32,000 nucleotides of DNA from Flavobacteriaceae bacterium (GTDB lineage: Bacteria; Bacteroidota; Bacteroidia; Flavobacteriales; Flavobacteriaceae): the NCBI GenBank assembly GCA_965224465.1, contig OZ245049.1:1680001-1712000 (forward strand). The letters run 5' to 3'. Positions 25,826 to 32,000 of this stretch are shown here, piece by piece. The stretch's first letter is position 1; each line of letters opens with the position of its first letter. The translations under genes and the position numbers were made by a program. Below the pieces are notes generated by a model. The model worked only from the letters and a program-made list of their open reading frames with translations. It ran no database searches and was not told where the DNA came from.

Positions 25826-28540
25826 ATGAAATTATCAAAACTTATCCTCGGATTTCTCTTCAGTTTCTTGTTCCTAAATTTAGGACAGGCACAAGAAAAA
25901 AAAGACATTTTCACCATTACAAAAGAAGCAGACTTTCCCATTAGTAAAGGACTCAATGGATCATTTGTAGGAACTCACAACAATGTTTTGATTGTTGCAG
26001 GTGGCGCCAATTTTCCCGAGAAAGAAGTTTGGAATGGAGGGAAGAAACAATTTTACCAATTCATTTATGTATTAGAAAAAAAAGAAGGGAAATCTGTTTG
26101 GCATAAAAGTGATGTCAAGCTCCCTAAAGCAGTAGCTAATGGTGCGTCTATCACTACCTCTCAAGGTGTGCTATGTATCGGAGGAAATAATAGTAAAGAA
26201 ACTTTTTCGGATGTGTTTTTAATAAAATGGAATAAAACATCCAAAAAAATAGAAATAGAATCTCTAAATTCTATGCCTATCCCTTTGTCTAAAATGGGAG
26301 CAAGTAAGGTAGATAACATTGTTTATTTGGTAGGAGGTCAGGAAAGTAATACAGGAAAAACTACCCAAAACTTTTTATCTTTCAATCTCAATAGCACGAT
26401 AGACAGCCCTGCATATACTTGGAAAAAAAGAACTGATTTCCCAGGAACACACCGCATGCAGGCGGTGGTAGTAGGACAAAGTAACGGACATCAAGATTGT
26501 TTGTATGTAATGAGTGGCTTATCGTATGACCCTGCTGCTGAAAAAACACTCGTAATGTTAAGTGATGTCTACGAATTTGACCCACACAAAAAGACTTGGA
26601 TTCAAAAAAGGTCAATTCCTAACAACAATACACCTGGAGAAAAGAATGGATATATAGGAGCAGCGCCCGCTATTAAAATAGGAGATGCACATATCCTTAT
26701 TTTTGGAGGAGCAGGTGGAAAAAACCAATATTTAAATGAACGATTAGAACTTGGGGCAACTATAAAAGCATTGGATGCTAAAAGCGAAACAACAGAAGCA
26801 CAGATAGCATCTAAAGATCAATTAAAAGCAAAAGCCATTGAACTCGTAAAAACAACTTCATTTACAAAAACCATATACGCTTACCATACCATTACCGATA
26901 CTTGGACACCGTCAAGTTCTTTTGAAGGCCCAGCACAGGTAGTAACAAATGCTGTAATGTGGGATGGGAAAATTGTAATTCCAGGAGGAGAAATCAGTCC
27001 AGGAGTACGAACTAGTAGCATCACTTCTTTTACAGAAAAACCATACGAAGCAAGTTTTGGATTATTAAATTATGTTACCCTTATTGCTTATTTATCGATC
27101 ATGATATTGATGGGTTGGTATTTTTCAAGAAAAAACAAAACGACAGATGATTATTTCTTGGGAGGTGGACGTATCCCATGGTGGGCAGCAGGACTAAGCA
27201 TCTATGCTACTATGTTAAGCGCCATCACTTATTTATCGCAACCTGCATTGGCTTTTTCTTTTGACTGGCAAGCATACTTAGGATATTTTACTATTTTGTT
27301 AGTAATACCAATTGTAATCTCGTTTTATTTACCCTTTTTCAGAAAGTTAAAAATCACCACTGCGTACGAATATTTAGAAAAGAGATTCAATATTACCGTT
27401 CGTATGTTTGGAAGTACATCTTTTGTATTGTTCCAATTAGTTCGTATGGGAATCGTGGTATATTTACCAGCATTAGCATTGTCTACGGTTGTAGGAATCG
27501 ATATTTATTTAGCCATTATTGTAATGGGGGTTTTAGCTATTGTTTACACCTACTTAGGAGGTATGGAAGCAGTAATCTGGACAGATGTAATCCAAGTAAT
27601 TGTACTTATTGGAGGATTGATTGTTGGACTGGTATTTATAGCCATCGAAATAGGAGATGTAGGCTATATTTTTGAAACAGCCTATGCCGACAGTAAACTC
27701 ACGCTGGTCGATTTCCGATTTAGTTTTACAGAGGTGGTAACGTGGTCCTTATTTATGGGGTCTTTTGCATTGACTCTTGTACCATACACTACAGATCAAG
27801 CAGTAGTACAACGATATATGACAACCTCCAGTCTAGAGGATTCTAAAAAAAGCATTTGGTTAAATGGTTTGATTGCCATACCATCTGGATTGCTTATTTT
27901 CTCTATGGGAACTTTTTTATATGTATACTTTAAGGAACATCCAGAATTTCTAACTGTTGGAATGAAAAACGATAGTGTTTTCCCTTTATTCATTACAAAT
28001 CACTTGCCTCCAGGAGTATCAGGACTGGTAATAGCCGGAATATTCTCTGCCTCTATGTCAAGCTTAGACAGTAGTATGCATAGTATCTCAACTGTAGTTA
28101 CTATCGATTTTTACAAACGTTTTACTAAAAAATATTCAGACATAAAAGGGCTCAAAGTTGCTAAATGGACCACTGTAATTGTTGGTATATTTGGAACTAT
28201 GATTGCATGTCTGATGGCAGCATTTCCTGTAAAATCATTATTTTTCTTATTCCAAGAAGTTATTGGACTCTTTGGTAGTGCCATTGCAGGGATCTTTATT
28301 TTAGGAATTTTTATAAAAGCTGCCAACTGGAAAGGAGCCATGATTGGATCTGTATTAAGTGTGATTGCGTTGATATTTGTAAAATACTACACACCTCTTA
28401 ATTTTTACATCTACCCATTAATCGCAATTCCTACCTGTGTTATAGGCGGTTATATTGCCAGTTTAATTTTTAAAGTAGATCAAAAGGACATTGACAATTT
28501 GGTATATTCGAAAAAAACAAGCAACAAAAAACATCAGTAA
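25826..28540 (+). CDS. Fusion protein: signal peptide plus NanM-like Kelch beta-propeller (sialic acid mutarotase family) plus sodium:solute symporter (SSS) sialic acid transporter
   Basis: 904 aa. Residues 1-24 are a signal peptide. Residues ~25-410 carry six Kelch-like blades (VAGGANFPE, CIGGNN, LVGGQES, IFGGAGG, IPGGEISPGVRT). From ~aa 413 there is a typical SSS core (DYFLGGGRIPWWAAGLSIYATMLSAITYLSQP) with about 13 TM segments. Confidence 0.85.
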   Translation: MKLSKLILGFLFSFLFLNLGQAQEKKDIFTITKEADFPISKGLNGSFVGTHNNVLIVAGGANFPEKEVWNGGKKQFYQFIYVLEKKEGKSVWHKSDVKLPKAVANGASITTSQGVLCIGGNNSKETFSDVFLIKWNKTSKKIEIESLNSMPIPLSKMGASKVDNIVYLVGGQESNTGKTTQNFLSFNLNSTIDSPAYTWKKRTDFPGTHRMQAVVVGQSNGHQDCLYVMSGLSYDPAAEKTLVMLSDVYEFDPHKKTWIQKRSIPNNNTPGEKNGYIGAAPAIKIGDAHILIFGGAGGKNQYLNERLELGATIKALDAKSETTEAQIASKDQLKAKAIELVKTTSFTKTIYAYHTITDTWTPSSSFEGPAQVVTNAVMWDGKIVIPGGEISPGVRTSSITSFTEKPYEASFGLLNYVTLIAYLSIMILMGWYFSRKNKTTDDYFLGGGRIPWWAAGLSIYATMLSAITYLSQPALAFSFDWQAYLGYFTILLVIPIVISFYLPFFRKLKITTAYEYLEKRFNITVRMFGSTSFVLFQLVRMGIVVYLPALALSTVVGIDIYLAIIVMGVLAIVYTYLGGMEAVIWTDVIQVIVLIGGLIVGLVFIAIEIGDVGYIFETAYADSKLTLVDFRFSFTEVVTWSLFMGSFALTLVPYTTDQAVVQRYMTTSSLEDSKKSIWLNGLIAIPSGLLIFSMGTFLYVYFKEHPEFLTVGMKNDSVFPLFITNHLPPGVSGLVIAGIFSASMSSLDSSMHSISTVVTIDFYKRFTKKYSDIKGLKVAKWTTVIVGIFGTMIACLMAAFPVKSLFFLFQEVIGLFGSAIAGIFILGIFIKAANWKGAMIGSVLSVIALIFVKYYTPLNFYIYPLIAIPTCVIGGYIASLIFKVDQKDIDNLVYSKKTSNKKHQ

Positions 28541-28564
28541 TTACATACCACTGATCATTTTTTA

Positions 28565-28600
28565 AAATAGAGGCTGTATTCCATTACAGCCTCTATTTTT
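28565..28600 (+). terminator. Intrinsic terminator after the transporter gene
   Basis: AAATAGAGGCTGTA-ttccat-TACAGCCTCTATTT followed by TT. Confidence 0.75.
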
Positions 28601-28700
28601 ATGAAGTCAATTCATCAGTTAACAAAAACTATAAAACACACTATCAAACGACAGCTACAAACACCACCGTTCATTTTTATTTATTTTCCCAATTTTTAAC

Positions 28701-28708
28701 TATCTTTG
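28701..28708 (+). promoter_or_regulatory. Candidate -7 box TATCTTTG for the kinase gene
   Basis: A perfect TAnnTTTG match about 100 nt upstream of the ATG at 28810. No nan-type palindrome is nearby. Confidence 0.4.
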
Positions 28709-28809
28709 TTATTAAGCATACTACCTATATTTAAAAAAATAATCTCCAATAATTTACTTATTGCTGTACTTTGGAGGTTACATATATGATGTACTAGAAA
28801 AAAATCAAA

Positions 28810-29592
28810 ATGAAAGAAAAGGAAGAACAAAACACCACATTAAAGGAAGAAGTATCTGACCTTAAAAGTCAACTTAAAATTGTCAGTGAAAAACTAGAAT
28901 TTTTAAAAACAAAACAAAGCTATCTAATCGGAAAAACCATTCATAATTTAAAAAACCCTGTTGGTGTTTCTTCTTCATTTGCAGAGATGATGTTGGAAGA
29001 TTTAGAGTTTTACACACCCGAAAAGTTAAAAAAACACTTGACTGTCATCAAAACTTCTTGTGATTTTTCCTTAGGGTTATTAAATAATTTACAATATATC
29101 TCAAAATTAGAAAGCGGAAAAGCACCTCTTAAGCTCTTGAAAAAGAAGTATTGTAAACTGGTAAAAAGCACCGTTAAAGAACAACAAATCCTAGCAAATA
29201 AAAGAGGAATTAAACTCCATCTTACGATAGACTGCACAGACTGCGAACTCACATTAGATCCAGACGAAATAAAACAAGCACTCCATAATCTCATAAACAA
29301 TGCGCACAGATACTCTGTTGAAAACAGCGAGGTAGCAATACGAGTATTCGCAACTGACACGCATATTCTAACCACAATTACAGATCAAGGAATAGGCATT
29401 GAAACGAGCGAATTAGAAACTATTTTTGACGTTTTTAAAGTTGTTACTACATTTTCTGATGACGGAAAAAAATGTTTAGGATTAGGGCTTACCATAGCAA
29501 AAGAAATTATAGAACAACATCAAGGAGAAATCACAATAACAAGTACACTAAAAAAAGGAAGTACCTTTACAATAAAAATACCTAGAAACTAA
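28810..29592 (+). CDS. Cytoplasmic histidine kinase core without a sensor domain (coiled coil plus HisKA plus HATPase_c)
   Basis: 260 aa. H-box IHNLKNPV, N-box LHNLINNAHRYS, G1 DQGIGI, G2 GLGLTIAKEI. The N-terminal ~35 aa are heptad-like, and there are no TM segments. Confidence 0.8.
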   Translation: MKEKEEQNTTLKEEVSDLKSQLKIVSEKLEFLKTKQSYLIGKTIHNLKNPVGVSSSFAEMMLEDLEFYTPEKLKKHLTVIKTSCDFSLGLLNNLQYISKLESGKAPLKLLKKKYCKLVKSTVKEQQILANKRGIKLHLTIDCTDCELTLDPDEIKQALHNLINNAHRYSVENSEVAIRVFATDTHILTTITDQGIGIETSELETIFDVFKVVTTFSDDGKKCLGLGLTIAKEIIEQHQGEITITSTLKKGSTFTIKIPRN

Positions 29593-29616
29593 TTCCCAAG
29601 TAAACGAACGACTCAC

Positions 29617-32000
29617 ATGGATAAAATTCTTTCCCCAATAAATTATTCAGTACTTCAACATTTAGAAAAAGAGGAGCTTATAAACTTATTATTAAATAGA
29701 ACAGATTTTAAAGGATCCATATCTACTATTGAAAAACCAATAACACAGACACCTATTATCCATAACACGTTGAATAACATCAACGAAGGTTTTGTGATTG
29801 TCGATCGAAAGGGAACCTATTTATTCATAAACAAAGAGGCTGAAAAACTACTAAAAAGAAATGCGGACAGTTTATTAGGGAAGAACATGTGGATAGAATT
29901 CCCTGAAAAAAAAGGAGATGAATTTTATGATAAATTCCAGCGAGTTATCACCAAAAACATTGCCTTAAAATTCACCAGTTTCTACAAAGAATGGGACAAA
30001 TGGTATGCCTATAGGATTATACCTTCCAATGCAGGTATTTCTTTGTTTTTTAAGGACGTTACTAAAAAGACAGAGGATAGGATTCATAAAACGGAGGCTT
30101 ATAAATGTCTACAAGAAAATACAGATGTATCCTTTATCTGGGGCAACAAATCTGGATGGCCCGTAGAGTACGTTTCTAAAAATGTAAAGAAGTTATTAGG
30201 CTACACAAAAAAAGATTTTATCAAAAATAAAATATCTTATACCGATCTTATCCATACTGAAGATCTGACATTGCTAAAAAAACAATCAAGAGAACAAGTC
30301 TCCAACAAAACTACAAACATTACATACTCTCCTTATCGTATTACAACAAAAAAAGGAAAAACTATTTGGATCTCTCAATCAAACGCACTCCACAAAAATA
30401 ATCTTGGAATCATAACAAGTTTCAAAGGGGTTATCAAAGATGTAACGGTACAAGAAAAACTAAAATACAGTTTAGATTTAATCACCAATGCTACTTCGCA
30501 CATTGTCGGTAAAGAATTTTTGGACACCATCTGCATTGAATTGACCAAAAGTTTACATTCTGATGTAACCTTAATTGGTTTTACAGATGATAAATTAAAC
30601 AAAATAAAAACAATTTCTGTTTCCAATAAAACCAATATATTAAACAATTTTGAATACAATACTAAAGGCACTCCTTGTGAGACCTCCATACATTGCTGCA
30701 CAACTTGTATCCCAAAAAAGGCAGCATTACTGTTTCCTGAAAATCAATTTATAACAGATCAAAACTTTGAAGGCTATATTGGAGTTGCTCTTTTTGATAA
30801 AAACCGAAAACCAATAGGGCTTATAGCTTCTTTTTTTAAACACCCCATAGAGGATGAAGAGTTCACAAAAACCATCATTCAAATTTTTTCTACTCGAATA
30901 GCTGCAGAAATTCAAAGTACGCTCAGTAAAAAAGAAGCATGGGGACTATTTGACGATGCTGCATCAGCTATTTGGATCCAAGATTTATCTAAAGTGAAAT
31001 TATATTTTGACATTCTAAAACAAAATGACATTACGGACTTTAAGAAATACCTTCAAGAAAACCCAGGGGAATTACCCCATATAACATCTCTTGTAAAATT
31101 AACCAATGTCAACAAAAAAAGTTTAGATTTATTTAAGATTAAAAAAGGCGATAAATTACCACAAAACTTAAGTCATTTTTTAAATCCCAATTCAGTTCCT
31201 GCCCTATTAAAATGCCTTAACAGTGTTTTCGAAAACAAAAGGAGTTGCAAGGGAGAATTCCCAATGCTAATTGATGGTGAAGAAAAAACGATTGTTGTAC
31301 ATGCGATCGTTCCAGAAACATCCCGAACAACGTACAAAAAAATATTATTCACTTTTGAAGACATCACAGCGCAGAGAAAAACAGAAAAACTACTAAAAGA
31401 AAGTAAAAAGAGACTTCAAGACCAATTAAATAACACTCCTTTAGCAGCCATCACATGGGATTTAAACTTTAACTGTACCAGTTGGAATCATTCTGCAGAA
31501 AAAATATTTGGGTACAGTGCAAAAGAAGCGATTGGAAAGAATTTTTACACGCTCATTAATTTTGACAATACACAGGAAAAAAGAAATACATTTCTAAACG
31601 GCATCCATGAAAACAAAAATCTACAATACACACTTCAAACATGTACAAAACAACAAAAATTAATAAGCACAAAATGGCATGTTATTCCTCTAAGAGACGC
31701 TACAAATAACATTATAGGGAGTGCCTCTCTAACACAAGATATCACAGAGGAAGTAGAAGCGAACAAGAAAACAGAAAAATCAGAAAAAAAATACAGAGAT
31801 TTATTTAACAAATCCAATGATGCCGTATTTATTTTTTCTAACGAGTTGATTATAGACTGTAACAAAGCTGCTTTAAAAATTTTAGGCATCTCAGATAATA
31901 GAAACATACTCCATAAAAAAGTAGCTATTATCTCCCCTAAATTTCAATCCAACGGAGAACTATCTGAAACTTTTTCCATAAAAAATCATCAAATTGCTTT
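29617..32000 (+). CDS. Multi-PAS/GAF sensor protein, 5' portion (ORF open to the window end)
   Basis: Own translation of frame 1 from the ATG at 29617 finds no stop through 32000 (794 codons); the ORF is absent from the track because it is unterminated. It contains several PAS-like modules (GFVIVDRKGTYLFINKEAEKLL, WPVEYVSKNVKKLLGY, ITWDLNFNCTSWNHSAEKIFGY, YRDLFNKSNDAVFIF). It also contains a GAF-like module (GTPCE...YIGVALFDKNRKPIGLIASFF...STRIAAEIQ). Confidence 0.8.
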   Translation, partial: MDKILSPINYSVLQHLEKEELINLLLNRTDFKGSISTIEKPITQTPIIHNTLNNINEGFVIVDRKGTYLFINKEAEKLLKRNADSLLGKNMWIEFPEKKGDEFYDKFQRVITKNIALKFTSFYKEWDKWYAYRIIPSNAGISLFFKDVTKKTEDRIHKTEAYKCLQENTDVSFIWGNKSGWPVEYVSKNVKKLLGYTKKDFIKNKISYTDLIHTEDLTLLKKQSREQVSNKTTNITYSPYRITTKKGKTIWISQSNALHKNNLGIITSFKGVIKDVTVQEKLKYSLDLITNATSHIVGKEFLDTICIELTKSLHSDVTLIGFTDDKLNKIKTISVSNKTNILNNFEYNTKGTPCETSIHCCTTCIPKKAALLFPENQFITDQNFEGYIGVALFDKNRKPIGLIASFFKHPIEDEEFTKTIIQIFSTRIAAEIQSTLSKKEAWGLFDDAASAIWIQDLSKVKLYFDILKQNDITDFKKYLQENPGELPHITSLVKLTNVNKKSLDLFKIKKGDKLPQNLSHFLNPNSVPALLKCLNSVFENKRSCKGEFPMLIDGEEKTIVVHAIVPETSRTTYKKILFTFEDITAQRKTEKLLKESKKRLQDQLNNTPLAAITWDLNFNCTSWNHSAEKIFGYSAKEAIGKNFYTLINFDNTQEKRNTFLNGIHENKNLQYTLQTCTKQQKLISTKWHVIPLRDATNNIIGSASLTQDITEEVEANKKTEKSEKKYRDLFNKSNDAVFIFSNELIIDCNKAALKILGISDNRNILHKKVAIISPKFQSNGELSETFSIKNHQIA

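Noticed and set aside
6686-28341. Remaining short antisense or alternate-frame ORFs within the locus genes. These are 6686-6883, 7639-7863, 9945-10407, 15667-16077, 17617-17838, 18113-18724, 19914-20231, 21373-21600, 22972-23220, 23389-23979, 24612-24800, 25180-25443, 26388-26615 and 27796-28341.
   Set aside because: Each lies wholly or largely inside a longer ORF with clear family motifs, and none has a promoter box or recognisable domains.
29010-31907. Minus-strand ORFs 29010-29375, 30375-30701, 30727-30915, 31173-31367 and 31635-31907
   Set aside because: They are antisense to the kinase gene and to the long unterminated PAS/GAF ORF that I translated manually in frame 1. That real gene is missing from the track only because it has no stop codon in the window.
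1-32000. Search for a defence island, prophage, IS transposase, toxin-antitoxin pair or CRISPR-Cas
   Set aside because: Every sizeable ORF has a metabolic, transport or signalling assignment. No nuclease, ATPase, integrase or transposase signatures were seen, and the only mobile-looking DNA is the non-autonomous MITE-like repeat.

Overview
Low-GC Bacteroidota (Flavobacteriia-like) chromosomal segment. The assignment rests on SusC/SusD genes, a type III glutamine synthetase, TAnnTTTG -7 promoter boxes and the absence of Shine-Dalgarno sequences. Positions 1-6250 hold housekeeping genes: a membrane protein, GSIII, a CaCA antiporter, and two identical tandem tRNA-Arg(ACG) modules. This part also contains a ~1.2 kb stretch with no credible ORF. 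Positions 6600-28600 form a roughly 22 kb sialoglycan utilisation locus, entirely on the + strand except for its GntR/FadR-type regulator. Its genes are nanA, a YhcH/NanQ-like protein, N-acylglucosamine 2-epimerase, three SGNH/SASA esterases, a SusC/SusD pair, a creatininase-family amidohydrolase, a GH33 sialidase, LrgAB, a GH20 hexosaminidase and a NanM-like beta-propeller fused to an SSS transporter. The locus splits into six transcription units. Each unit is preceded by the palindrome TATGT-N3-ACATA, and in five of six cases the palindrome sits directly after a -7 box. I read this as the operator set of the resident regulator. A ~160 bp MITE-like element with ~24 bp terminal inverted repeats occurs four times in one orientation, plus degenerate fragments. 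The window ends with a sensor-less histidine kinase and a multi-PAS/GAF sensor protein that runs off the end. I found no defence system, prophage, transposase or CRISPR array. The leads most worth follow-up are the operator regulon, the creatininase-family gene and LrgAB embedded in the sialic acid locus, the mutarotase-transporter fusion, and the MITE family.
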